Of a DNA stretch of 64,000 nt, positions 1 to 12,527 are shown piece by piece (the first letter of the stretch is position 1; each line of letters begins with the position of its first letter). Position numbers and translations under genes: made by a program. Under the pieces are notes generated by a model. The model did no database searches and was not told where the DNA came from. It saw only the letters and a program-made list of their open reading frames with translations. Source of the DNA: Vitrella brassicaformis CCMP3155 (lineage: Eukaryota; Protista; Chromerida); NCBI GenBank assembly GCA_001179505.1, contig CDMY01000390.1, positions 1 to 64,000 on the forward strand. Direction: 5' to 3'.

Positions 1-1252
1 GCCCGAGGTCATCGGCAACAACACGGGCGGCCCCATGTGGGAGATCGAGATGTGTTTGGGGGACAGAGCCATCAACTCATCGGACGACATACAGGTGTGT
101 GAGATTGATGACAGCCACACGGATCCAGATCACACGCCTGCATTCATGGCTTGTGTCCTTGTTATGCATGTAATGCATCAGAAGTTGCACGCCTTCCGCA
201 ACACGTGCCTTGCTGCCGATGCAGCGGAGGCATACACCAGCACCGGCACTGAGGGCCTCAAGATCCACCTCCCCTTCACCGGCGACGCCAATGCCATCGC
301 AGCCTCCCTCCCGGCCGTCCAAGTGTGCTGCCAGCAGGCTCACAAAGTCACCCTCGACGGCCATCCGCTGCCCGGCACCGTGATGGCAGCTCCGGGGCTT
401 GACGCACTCGCACCGTGTGAGTCGGCGGAGGAGCTCACCGTCAAGGCGAATGGGTGGCCCGATGATCTCCCTGGCTACATCACTGCCAATCCTGAGGGCC
501 TCTTCCCAAATGTGTCGTCGGTTGTCGTGTGTGAGGGAGAGAGGGGCATGGAGACGTATGCGGGCGGCGTGTCGGGTGTGCTGAGTGCGTTGTCGTCACT
601 CGAGCGAGCCACGTTTGAGCTGAGCGTCCAGGCGGGCGACCAGCCTGTGCTGTGCATGGTGCCTGAGGGTGTGAGCCATCTCCCTGCTGAAGGCGAGAGC
701 ATCACACTGCAGGTCAAGTGCCGTTTTGCCGCACAGCCTGCCTATGGCCACTTCGGTTTCTATCACGATGAGGCCAACATGCATCAGAATGTGTCTGTCG
801 GCTGGCGTGTGTACGGTGGGGAGAGGGAGGCAGGCAGGCAGGTCATGCAGCGTCGTGTGTCTCGTCTGGAAGTGCATGTCGACACCACACGAGGAGATGT
901 AGGCGGCTTTGCGCACCGCCGATCCTCGTGGCTGTCGGATGCACAAGCCAAAGAGATGTTCGCATCGCTCGCTGAGTGTGTGGTGAGTGCCTTCGAGAGC
1001 TTCCCACTGCTGTCGTGTGTTGCGGTTGTGTCCAAGCCCAAGCCGGCTTTTGGCATGATGGGCTATTTGCGTACTCTGTCTAAGAAGCGGTTCAGGTGTT
1101 GGGTGGTGGTGGTGGCAAGAACAGTGTTGAGATGCACCGCGTGGCCAAGAAGAAGGCAGGCAAGGGGGGCAACAAGAGAGACAAGGCCACCAAGGCAGAC
1201 TGATGCACACATGACACATCCTACCTGTATCGCGAGTGCATCGACACGGTGA
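1..1252 (+). CDS. 3' part (last two exons) of lineage-specific F-box-like/degenerate-LRR family protein, copy 1; 5' end lies outside the window
   Basis: Exon PEVIGNNTGGPMWEIEMCLGD...IQ, intron ~95-181, then terminal exon KLHAFRNTC...QVMQRRVSRLEV...FASLAECVVSAFESFP. Aligns by eye with 26210-27180 (-) and 31742-32641 (+), sharing WRVYGGxREAxRQVM and SFAxCV motifs. Confidence 0.75.
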   Translation, partial: PEVIGNNTGGPMWEIEMCLGDRAINSSDDIQVCEIDDSHTDPDHTPAFMACVLVMHVMHQKLHAFRNTCLAADAAEAYTSTGTEGLKIHLPFTGDANAIAASLPAVQVCCQQAHKVTLDGHPLPGTVMAAPGLDALAPCESAEELTVKANGWPDDLPGYITANPEGLFPNVSSVVVCEGERGMETYAGGVSGVLSALSSLERATFELSVQAGDQPVLCMVPEGVSHLPAEGESITLQVKCRFAAQPAYGHFGFYHDEANMHQNVSVGWRVYGGEREAGRQVMQRRVSRLEVHVDTTRGDVGGFAHRRSSWLSDAQAKEMFASLAECVVSAFESFPLLSCVAVVSKPKPAFGMMGYLRTLSKKRFRCWVVVVARTVLRCTAWPRRRQARGATRETRPPRQTDAHMTHPTCIASASTR

Positions 1253-1717
1253 GAGCAAGGAGAGAAGGAGAGCGAGGAGCGTTTTTGCCGCCTTGATTGT
1301 TCCTTTCTATCTACTCATTGTGTCCATGTTGACCACACATGACCGCCCGAAGCACAGCAGACAGGTCAATCCTTGCCCCCATGTCCCCCAAGTTGGAGAG
1401 AGAAGGAACGGCCTCTGTGTGAGTGCATGAGTGCCTTTGTGCATGTTTGCGGACACACTCGCAGTCAGTGGACAATCGCATCAATGTCTGTCCCTGTGTG
1501 TACAATAGCGCCAGGGTGCATGTGTGTCGTATGGGAGGACCGATCGGCTAAAACGGCATCATCGTCAATTAACAGGGCAAGAAGTCTGTCGTCCGTCATG
1601 AGGATGCAGACACAGATAAACACACGCCGCACACAAACGTACTACCGAGTGTCTCCCCAGACACACACGCACCACACACGGGTCCATCCATCCATCCATC
1701 CATGTGTCCATGCATGG

Positions 1718-2533
1718 TCAGATGATTTTCTTTGATCGAAAGAATGTCCTAAAGTAGTAGATCTGCAGAGCGGACACGGCGACCATGAGTGCGACGTTGA
1801 AGAGAGTGAACCCGATGACGCGGAAGGCGGTATTGTCGTTGGTCTTCCTCAGGCCCTGCTCCCTCTCGCGCATGTACAGGATGATGTTGTGGTACAGACG
1901 CAACTCCTCCTCGATCTTCTTCAAAGACACCGTCATCTGAATGCCACACAAATCACATCCACCACACAGACAGAACACACACAGTGACACCAACGGCACA
2001 TACATACACAGACACACGCAAATGGAAGGGCAGGGCAGGTGGTGTTGACTAACGTACCGGTTCGAGGTGTTCTTTTTTGGCGATTGACGAGTAGTCCCTG
2101 GCCTGTGCGCCCCATGCGATGTTGAGCTTCACATTGATGCCCTTGCGGCTCAAATTCTGCACGCAAAACATGTGAGTTCCCGCCTGCAGCACACCAGCAA
2201 CCACACCACACAGACACATTAGATCTCGCTGTGCCATACGTGTGTGCGTCCACGTGTGTGCACCTGGTTGGTTGTGAATGCGGTTTTGATTTCCATCTTG
2301 TCCTTCTCCGAGAAGATGGTGGCGCTGGGGTCCGCCACGTTGACCGACAGCAGCCCGTCGGTGGTGACGAACTCTGCAATGAGCAGCGTGCCCTTGCCCA
2401 GCTCCTCGCCGTAGCACTTCTTCTGACTCGCGTTGAGGTCCACATGAATCTCTATCGCCTCACACACCAGCAACACCAGCAGCACGCACACCCAGACCAG
2501 CTGCCACAGCATGGACAAGACAGATCTTCTCAT
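1718..2533 (-). CDS. p24/emp24/gp25L (TMED) cargo receptor, delta/TMP21-like
   Basis: Three exons (2533-2264, 2183-2058, 1936-1718) with GT-AG junctions: signal peptide, GOLD domain (KKCYGEEL...HMFCVQN), coiled coil, TM helix, C-terminal FFRSKKII dilysine-type tail. Confidence 0.92.
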
Positions 2534-2623
2534 GAGTGCATCACAGAGCTGGCGCTACGCCATCTGGGGGGAAGGAGAAAAGAAGAAAATCGCTGAGGAA
2601 ATCGAAATGCGAGCTGGAAGAAG

Positions 2624-4447
2624 ATGGTTTCAAGCTCGCAAGGCGAGAAGGAAGAGGAAAAGGGAGCATCAGCCATGGTGATCGACGGAATACACGGTTT
2701 TGTGGAGAACATGGACATCTTAGGCAATCTCGGAGGGAGATCTCTACGCAAGCCCGCCTCTCGGCGTGAGGCAGCTCTTCGCGGCACCATGTTCGGCGGC
2801 GCCCTCAGCGGTTTTGTCGGCCGTCTGTGTTTCCATCCCATCGACACATGCAAGGCCAAACTGCAGGTGCAGATGCTCGAGCGGTCCCGGAAGAGCGGCG
2901 TGGGCAGCGGGGGAGGGCCGCCGGCGGCCTACAGGAACCTCTTCTCGACGCTCGTCCACACCATGAGGGCAGAAGGGCCGGCCGGGCTGTACAGGGGATT
3001 CGGGTGAGCGACATCTCTGCAGATCTCACTGCAGACATCAATATCTCTCCCTGCTGTGTGTCTGTCTGTTGGTGCGACTCCATCCGTTTGTTTATCAATC
3101 AGTGTGACAGGTTTTGGTTCGATTCCTGCCACGTGTCTGTACTTCACGTCGTATGAGTACTTCAAGGGCAAGCTACAGGAGTCGCTGTATATGGTCAAGG
3201 ACATGCCGCCGGACTCCAAGGCACACATCCTCACCGACTTCATTGCGGGCTTCTTGGCCGAGGTCGTCAGCTGCATCCTCTGGGTGCCCATCGATGTCTC
3301 CAAGGAACAGCTACAGGTACTCAGAGAGGAGGGACTTTAAGAGGGGAGGGGAGAGGGAGGAAGTGGCTGTCATCTGGATGTCTGGATGTCCGGCTGGTTA
3401 TGTATGTCATCAGACGCAGTATGAGCTGCGGGCCACTCAGCATCGGGGGAGCTTCGACGCCGTCAGGAACATCATGAAGGAGGGGCTGCCACAGGTACGT
3501 ACATGTGCTCTTGTAGAGGAGGGAGTGAGGGACACTCATCTGCCTCATCCATCCCCTCCTTTGGTGTGCTGTGCTGCATTGCAATGGATTGCCCTCTTAG
3601 CTGTATCGCGGCTACTACGCCACGCTGCTGTCTTTTGGCCCCTTCTCTGCATTCTACTTCATGTTCTACGAGGTGAGGTCAGCACAGCACAGCACCACCG
3701 ACCCGACCTGACCACCCACACAGAGAGATCTGATCTTCCCTCTGACTGACGCATGGAATGCATTCATTCATTCAGCAATTCAAGGCTGGGGCGCAGTCGG
3801 CGTACACGTACATGAGCCCGCCAGACTTCCAGCCACTCAGACCGGCGGCCATGGAATACGCCAGGGATGATGATGCGGGAAGTGATGGGCGGGGAGCTCG
3901 TGCGACAAACAGAGCGTCGTCACCGATGGAGTCTGACCCGGATGCTGCCGACGTGTCCCTGCCCTTCCACTGGCTGCTGGCCGTGGGGGCAGCTGCAGGT
4001 GCGCACACTCGTCGATGGGCGGCAGGGTAATCCGTCCAGTCCCCGTGTTGTGTTGGTGTTGGTTGGTGTGTGGGTGGTGCGCACAGGTTCAGCGGCAGCA
4101 TTTGTGACGAATCCGCTTGACCTGGTGAAGCTGCGGCTGCAGGTGCAGCGGACGGCCAAGAGGTCACAGACCGGCATGTCCACCCCTTTCCAATACCGCG
4201 GATTCTGGCAGGTATGCACACACGGCCATAGGGACACACTGCACATGTAGTACTCATCTCTCTTTCTGTTTGTTCTTCTTTGTCATGTCAGGGTCTGCGA
4301 GGTGTGTTCGAGGTTGAGGGAGTGCGTGGGCTGTTCAGGGGTTCCGTGGCGCGCATCCTCTTCCATGCGCCAAACTATGCTCTGACCATCACTCTGATGG
4401 AGAAACTGAAGGAGGGCTACCTGAAATACGTGGAGCCGGGGATATGA
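2624..4447 (+). CDS. Mitochondrial carrier (SLC25 family), substrate undetermined
   Basis: Three carrier signature motifs (PIDTCKAKLQ, PIDVSKEQLQ, PLDLVKLRLQ) plus EGPAGLYRG, LYRGY and EGVRGLFRG across spliced exons; stop TGA at 4445-4447. Confidence 0.92.
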
Positions 4448-4959
4448 CGCGACGTCACATCAGTGTGTAGTGGTTTTGTGGGGGTGGGTGCTTGTTGTCG
4501 TGTCATGTTCACTGACTGTCGATGGGATTTTGGACGATGGGCGATTGATCTGTCTGTACATTATCGTGAATTGAATGTCGATCAAGTCCATACAAGCTTC
4601 CATGCAGTTGATGCGCTGTTCAATCCAGGTGGCCTGTCTGTGTCGGCTGCCGAGAGGCCCGATGCCTGACCCGCCACCCGGAACGTTTTCATTGACGAAC
4701 TGGCGCGGGGATGGGAATGAGGGCAGGGAGGGGCGCATTCGTCATGGTAAGTGTGAATCAAGGCAGGAGGCGTACCTGGTAAGTGTGCATTAGATCTGCA
4801 CTGGGCACTGCCAGTTGGCGCGTCCGTCGATGAAGCCGTTACCGGCGTGAGTCTCATCATGCCTCTCGACAGACAACCGACACAAACACTTAGTCTTCTC
4901 TCACACATAAATGTTTCACCCACACACCGCCAGCCAATGGTCCTCTCTCGCGCTTTCAG

Positions 4960-6518
4960 TCAGGTCAGGACGAACCTGGCCATCTCAGGCGCCCCTCCCT
5001 CTGTGTAGAGGTCCGCCAGCTGCTGCTTGATGGCCGACCATGGTACGTACACGGGACCCTCCCCGCCGGTCTTGGACTTGAGCCCAAACATCATCGCATC
5101 CATCAGCCTGCAGCAATACAGGCAGGCAACAAGGGCAATCAGCGAACAGCGTATCCCGGTCTCTCCTCTGTGTCATTTGCACCCACCATGCGGCCCTCTC
5201 GAGCGCTACGACGTACTTAAGCTTGCGGCCACGCTGGATCTCCTCTGTGCGGGGATCCTGCACATGTGCAGACGCGTGAGTGTGGTATCTATCGTCTGTG
5301 TGTGTGTATGTGGGTGTCGGTGATCCCCCCACCCACCCTGGATCGCCTGAGGAAGCTGTCTCTGTACTCGTCATAGGACCTGTCCGCAGCAAGATCCACC
5401 GTACGGCGCAACTCCTACACACACATATCAACATCACAGGTAGAGCATATATCTTCCTGCACGGCTGTCTGGTTTGCTCCCTCACTGCATCGTCTGCTGC
5501 AGTGGTCCAGATGGGGAGTTTGAGAGCGACCTTCGCGGCATCTCTGGCGACCTCGGTGTTGCCCCTGTGTGTGGCCATGAGGTCGGCGTGGTAGGCCAGC
5601 GGCCGACCCCACCCCTTGACCTCCTTGTAGTACTTCTCGCTCGCCACCATCGCACTGTACGTGTCACCTGCACACACACACACACACACAGACGTCGATG
5701 GATGGAGAGAAATGCCACATGAGTGCGCTCTCTTGCCCCCCCGCCGCCCGCCTGACTGCCGGCGGACCTTTTGCCAGGTGCAGGTCCACCAGTGCCTCAT
5801 AGACATCAGGAAACCTCCCCACCCTCTTGAGAGCCAGATATCTCGGCAGCCCCAGACCCAGACGATGCACGTCACCCAGCTCATACCCCTCCCCCTCATT
5901 CAGCAGGCTGTTGACCAGCTGAACCGTCTCACCCGCCGTCTCATCCCCACGCAAATCCTCCTCTACCGCAAACCGCTTCATCAGCGACCGGATGTCGAAC
6001 GACACGAGCGACACGCCAGAAGGGCCGGGCCTCACGACCGGCAGCGGCATGTCCTCTGGCGCACTCGGCCACTTGAGGAGGCCCAGGTAGGACGACGGAT
6101 TCGACTCATCTGCAGACGTGTTGCGGGCGAGGGGGATGAAGAAGGGGTGGAAGTTGCCCCGTGATGGCGAGGGGGAAACGACCTCATACCCTCTCCTCTG
6201 CAGCAGGCTGATGAAGTGCGGCAGCTCCTTGGACGGCAGGGTGGCCTCAGGGACTGCTGCAACGTCTCTGAGGAAGGTGAGATGCTCATCTGCGACGCTG
6301 CTGTGGGAGGTGGAAGCGACGGCTGGCGGTGCAAGCTGGTCTTGGGCGTTGGTATCGATGGCATGAGTCGCCGAGAAGCGCCGAGGCCTCGGTCGGGCTG
6401 TGGAATGAGATCTAAGTAGGAAGGTGAATGAAGGACACCACGAGAGGCACTTGAAGACGAAGAAAAGCCAGATCCGCCTTCTCCATGGCTTCTCCCGTCC
6501 CCAGCCAGCACTCTCCAT
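4960..6518 (-). CDS. PAB: PAB-like protein (IN CHLOROPLAST ATPASE BIOGENESIS), probably plastid-targeted
   Basis: Motifs FHPFFIPL, GLLKWPSAP, VGRFPDVYEAL, GWGRP, EVARDAAKVALKLPIWT and the terminal IKQQLADLYTEGGAPEMARFV recall plant PAB. Hydrophobic N-terminus followed by an S/T/R-rich segment fits a bipartite plastid leader. Start taken at MESAGW (6518). Confidence 0.75.
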
Positions 6519-6733
6519 GGCAGATCTCCAATCATGAAGCTCGCACTCCCTGGAACGTTTCACCGGGGATTGAACCCTATGGCGCAAAGGAGTGGGACAG
6601 CTAGGGATACCGAAAGAAAACGGATGTGACGGCGTGAGAAACTGTAGACTAGACTAGCTTGAGTGTTGGTTATCGTGAGAAGATGACGGAAGCTCTTCCG
6701 ATAGGCCGCAGCCGCTTCCACAGCGGCAGCACC

Positions 6734-9700
6734 ATGGGCGAACTCAAGACGGCTCCCCGCACCAAGGATGGCATCGAGGAGTCGCCGTGGACCGACCATG
6801 ACTGGTAAGCAACCCTCACCTCTCCCACGACCGCCATCAGTCACCTCACCTGTGGCCCTTGTTGTTTGGCGCCTTTCAGGTACTGGAGCGCTCAGAAGCC
6901 CAACCGAAAGTAAGCTGCCCAGACCACACAGACGCCCATCCGTCGCCCATCCCTGCCCGTGTGTGTTCTGTGTCGGTTCCTCAGGGCGTCATTGGAGTCG
7001 ATGGGCACGATGACGACCGTGGCGGGTGCTTCGTCTGCGGAGCTGGACGTGGGTGACGCCTGCGATGAGTGGGACATCGACGACGTCCTCAGCCAGGACA
7101 GACGCACGCCCCTGTCCATGGGGGCATCCAGCTTCAGCTTCCTCCACAAAGACAGCGAGATGGACCTGGTGCGCCAGACCGTACCTGAGGAAGAACAGGA
7201 CCAGCCGGTCAGTGAGTGAAGTGACACCCAACACCCACACACACACCACCCTCACAACACACACACGCCCATCCCCCATCTGGTTTGTGTATGTGTCGCC
7301 CTGCAGGTATTTGACGAGAACGACCGTGAGAGCGAGTCGGAGATGGACGCCGACCGCCATCTGTTCGACCCGCAGGCCGCCAAGCCGGAGCCCATCGCAC
7401 CCCTCCAGTACGCCGACGACGACATCGAGGCCTACGACCAGGCCGTCCTCAACCTCATCCAGGCCAGACAGGGAAACCAGGGGCAGGCCGAGGCCTTCGA
7501 CCAGGAGGTGGCCTACGGTAGTGGTGGTGGTGGTGGTGTTGGTGGGGCTGAGGTGCGTGAGGGGGCGCATGTGTCGCTGGATGAGCTGGAGAAACGACTG
7601 GCCAGAGGGTGAGCTCACACACACACACTAAGGAGGGGAGAGAGAGCATTGAGATGATGGGTGTTCTGTGCGTTGTGTGTTGTGTTGTTGTCCGTTGATT
7701 GTCAGTGTTGGTCCTGAGGCAGCTCACAAGATCGCTGAGGGCCTCAAGGAGGAGCACCTCGACGTGGAACTGGACCACCTGCCCGATGATAAGTCCGTGA
7801 GATCACATCACACCACATCACATCACATCACACCACACCACACCCACACTCCTCTCTGTCGCACAGGGACATAGACGACTTCCGCACTGTGTTGTCATTT
7901 GCCGTTGACGACATCGAGGCCTTCGATGACGCCCTCCGCAGAGCCGTCGCCACCACCCGCCAGGCCTTCCCGGAGGTCAACCAGGCCACACGCGACCTCC
8001 GTGAGCGTCTGGATGAGGACGGCTACAAGTGGGTCGGCGGCATGAGCGGCAAGTTGAAGGACACGCCACTCACTGACGAACCCATTGGCGCACGACTCGC
8101 GTAAGGGAGGGAGCTGCAGGGAGAATAATACAACAACTCGTCCATGTGCTTTTCTGCCTTGTTGCAGCCCCGATTCACTGGTTGACGTTGATGACTTCGA
8201 TGCGTACGACAGAGCCGTTATCGAGCAGCTGACTAGTGGGCCGCCCCCGCGCACTCTGAAGGACGCCGACGAGGCTGAGTGGGACGCCGAGGTGGCCTAC
8301 ACTCGTGACCTCCACACGGGCGGCATGAGCGGTCCTCTCCCATTCACGCCGCTCGCCAACGAACCCGTCGGTGCCCGCATAGCGTAAGAAGCCCCCCACA
8401 CACACAGATGCACACACGACACGAACCATCCCCTCCTCATCTCTCTCCCTCCCTCCCTCTCCGTCTGTCTGTCGGGTGTTATTGCCATCAGTCCTGGTGC
8501 CGTGTTGGATGTGAGTGACTTCGCGGCGTACGACCGTGCCGTGATGGACCAGTTGGAGTTGCATCAGCTCGAGTACGGCGGCCCCCGCCTGCCCACTGAC
8601 GAGGGGCAGCGTCGCCCCGCCGACACGGCCCCGCCATACGTGCGCGAGACGCCTGCCATGGAGCGTCAGCGTCTGGCGGCTCTGTGCAGCCTCCGTGAGC
8701 GTTTGGACGAGGACGGCTACGGGTGGGTCGGCGGCATGAGCGGCAACTTGAAGGACACACCACTCACCGACGAGCCCGTCGGCGCACGACTCGCGTAAGA
8801 AAGCATCCACTCGATCAGACATACACAGACACACACAAAGGGAGAGAGGGCAAACGCTGTCAAACGGACCAGCTCATTTTGGCCTTTTCTGTTCTCCGTG
8901 TGTTCTGCAGCCGTGACTCGTTGGTTGACGTTGACGATTTCGATGCGTATGACAACGCCGTTGCGGAGCAGCTGTCTCGTGGGCCGCCCTCGCGCACACT
9001 TCAGGACACCAGTGGTGAGGAGTGGGACGCCGAGGTGGCCTACAGCCGCGACCTCCACACGGGCGGCATGAGCGGCGATCTGCCAGAGACGCCGCTCGCC
9101 AACGAACCCGTCGGCGCTCGCATAGCGTAAGAAGCCGCCCACCCCACACACCCCAAAGACACCAACAGACCACACCAACGTTTGTCTGCTGTTTCCATCC
9201 GTCCAGTGCTGGAGTTGACGTTGAGTCGTATGACCGTGCCGTGCTGGCTCAGCTGGCTGGCAGCGCCGGCCGCCTGCCGAGCGACGACCTGGTGCATGAC
9301 TGGGGGCGGGAGCGGGACTACGGGGGTGTCGATGACGATGATGGGTACATCGGAGGCATGAGTGGACCGCTGCCCACGGCGCCACTCGCCGACGAACCCA
9401 TCGGGGCGCGACTCGCGTAAGCTAAATGAAGAACTGACACAGAAAGGACAAGGCGACACATATGCTCATCTCTGTTTGTTCGCCGTTTGTGTGTCAGTCC
9501 GAATGCGTTTCTGGACGTTAGCGATTTCGATGCGTATGACCGCGCGGTGATGGAGTCGCTGTGCAGCGCCCCCGACCGGCTGCCCACCACCTCGACCAAC
9601 ACCAACGGATGGGACGCTGAGGTGCCCTGGGCATACGAGACGCCACTCCGGGTCGTCAGCCGGGACGAGGTCGCCGTGGGCCCGCCCCCGCCGACCTTTC

Positions 9701-9934
9701 AGGACGTCGACCAGAAGCTCATGGCCACCGCACAGGACAACTATGAGTACGTCACACGAACGGATGGATGGGTGGATGCGTGACACATTGGTGGTGGTGG
9801 TGGTGTTGTTGGCTGTCAGGTTGGTGCCGTTTGAGGGCAGCGAGGAGGACTTCGATGCGTATGAGGGTGCGGTGCTGGCCGAGGCATCCAGGGGCGCGGC
9901 AGAGGCAGCCAACTTGGTTGACCTCACCTACTGA
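6734..9934 (+). CDS. Acidic repeat protein of unknown function encoded by tandemly duplicated exons
   Basis: A consistent splice path (mostly phase 2) runs from accATGg 6734 (in-frame upstream ATG at 6683) to TGA 9932-9934. Eight DFDAYDRAV-like motifs and five GGMSG...EPxGAR[LI]A motifs. Confidence 0.8.
7868..9416 (+). repeat. Five tandem exon+intron repeat units (A-B-A-B-A')
   Basis: Units end at about 8100, 8383, 8794, 9126 and 9416, each with ...GC|GTAAG. Units 1/3 share RERLDEDGYxWVGGMSGxLKDTPLTDEP; units 2/4 share EWDAEVAYxRDLHTGGMSG. Confidence 0.9.
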
Positions 9935-12527
9935 CTGACTCACTCACTCTCATACACACAACCGTTCACACACATCCACACATTTGCGTGCGTGTCTGAT
10001 GCATATTTGCATGCCTTCTGCCGTGCCGTGATGTGCTGTGCATACGAGAGAGAAGTGGCTGTTGGCTGGCTGTATGCCTGTGTGTATGTGTGTACTATTG
10101 CTGGCAGTGAAAAGCGGGGCATCTGGTGGGCGCGAGCCAATAAGACGGGCAGACCAGACAGACAGACAGACAGACAAACGGTCTTTGAAGCAAAGAAATG
10201 ATCACCGCACCGATGTGCGTACGCGCGTGTATGTGTGTGTGTATGGTTTACCAGAGAGAGATGGTGGCTGGTGTGTGCACTGCTTGCTGCATGTATTGTA
10301 AGTGTTTTTCCTCACACATGAGTGAGTGCAAATCCACTGCCTGGTGCTGCATTCTGTCTGCCTGTGTGTCGGTGTGTGTGAGTGAATTGTATGTTACGTT
10401 TGAGCAGACATGGCCTGGTGCGTCCCTGCCACCATCCCGTGTCTATTTTTCCCCCCCTCTGCTGTTGCCCGCTGCCTGCATGTCGGCCTGCCTGCCTGCC
10501 TGTATTGATGACGCACACACATTCACACACAGACACACATCAGAGTGACGGTATGGCGCGCTGTGCCAATCACACAGCACATCCACACCCGTGGCCGCCA
10601 TGTCTTTTCACACACACGCATACGCACAGATCGCTCTGCCTCTCGTGTCGCCTTGTGCTGCTATGGTGCTGTGGTGCCTGGGGTCTATTTCTCATTGCTG
10701 TGTATGGTCGCTATGTCATATGACCTGGTGTGCTTGTCGCGACTGCCATGACCATGTGGGTGTTTTTCGCAGAATTTTACTTTTCTCGCAGTCAAAAAGG
10801 GAAGGTGCTGGGGCGTGAGGGGGTTGCTTTAACACAGAGAGATGAATGGATATGACGATTGGATCCCGACTTGCTGGTTCGTGTTTGTGCGAGTGACCTG
10901 AATCCACGGAACGGGATGAGTCGGCTGCACAAGCCACCTGTTGTGTTGCTGACTGCTCCGGTGCTGTGGGTGGAAGGCCACTCGCGTGAACACTGATTGC
11001 AGTGCAGATGATTCGCGCATCAGTAGGGCTCGTTTTTTCTCTCCAAGTGGGCGGTTTTTCTCACCACCCCACAAATGGGTCGGGCCCATCACACACAGAG
11101 ACACAGAGACAGATCGCGAGAGAGCTGGCAGTTGCACTCACTGTCTGGGTGGTGCGCACGCAGTTGCGGGTGCCATGAAATGATTTGTTGGTGCATGTCT
11201 GCATGATTTGCTGGTTGGTTGCTGTGTGTATTTTTCTCGGCGGACTACCGCCGATGGACAGGTGACCATCGCCACACACACACACACACACATGCGGCTA
11301 TCGATACACACACACACACACACACCATCTGCTGCGTGCATGATGCCGTGACATCTTGTTGTTGGATGTTGTTTCAAAGCGGGCGAGAGGAACGCAGAGA
11401 GGCGGAGAGAGAGGGAGGGATGGGGAGAGGGGGGAAGCGGTGCACGTGCGGTGAGTTGAGGGATGATACACACACAACAGAACAGAAAGAACAGAACAGT
11501 GGAGCATGAAGTGTCTGTCTGTCCACACAAGGGTAACAAGGAAAGTTGGTTGGCCATGGTTTGGCCGGGTGGATGGCTGCCTGCCTGCCTGCCTTGCTGC
11601 CTCGTTGACGGGAGGGTGAATGGATGGATGGGGAGAGAGGGAAGAGAGAGAGGACGACGGCCCACATGATGATGCCATGATGATATCGGTGTGGATACGG
11701 ATGTCAATCGGTCTGCGTATCTCTCGTGGCTGTGCCTTCCCCCAGTGGCTGTGCCTTTCCCCACTGTCTGTTCTTGTCGAGGACTTCCCCGCGACGGTCA
11801 ACCGAACAATCACATCCGGTTGGTTCGTTTGTCCGTCGTCGGCAAGAGGCGCGCAGACAAGAGCAGACACGGGGGAATGCACGCCACTGCCGGCCTGTGA
11901 GTGAGGTTGTGCGTATGTATATCGGTAGCTGTCTGTGGTGTCGCCGTCGATCGATCGATTACTGAGAGAGACTCACATCATGTCGAAGTCAGGGAGGGCC
12001 TTCTTTTTTCATACTTCTGTGGACGGGGCGAGTGGGATGGATGGATGGGGGCACTCTGGCGAGTGTGCGTGGAGTGTCAACTTGGGATGGACGGAGAGAC
12101 CATGTGTCTGTCTGTTTGGCTTGCTGCCTGCCTGCCTGACTTCTCTGTTGTGTCGTGCTGTCAATGAGCGCTGGGCCACTGACAAATAGATGGACGAGGC
12201 ATCTATGCCACACACACACATCCGACATACACACCACACCACACCACACCTCACTGATGCGATTGATGTTCACCCATGATCATCACTCACACACCATTGC
12301 TCATCAACCTGCGCTCACACACCTGTGTCTAGGTCCATCTATCGCCATCGTCACAAGGGTGATCAACGAACCATCCAGCAAACAGAGAAATGCTCATGAA
12401 TGATGAATGAATGCATCGGCTGACTGGCTGACAAATAGCAAGAAAGGCAAGGCAAGACAGCCAGAGAGCAAGGAAGACAGACACGACGGCCTGATGAATG
12501 AATGGGCAAACCGGCCCAAGGAGCCCT

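Noticed and set aside
7868-9416. Regularly spaced repeats as a CRISPR array or LTR/transposon
   Set aside because: The units are ~300-400 nt exon+intron blocks with synonymous-type divergence and splice sites, not short identical repeats with spacers; no transposase or RT motifs.
11726-11763. 19-nt tandem duplication GTGGCTGTGCCTTYCCCCA
   Set aside because: Only two copies; ordinary slippage with no further structure.
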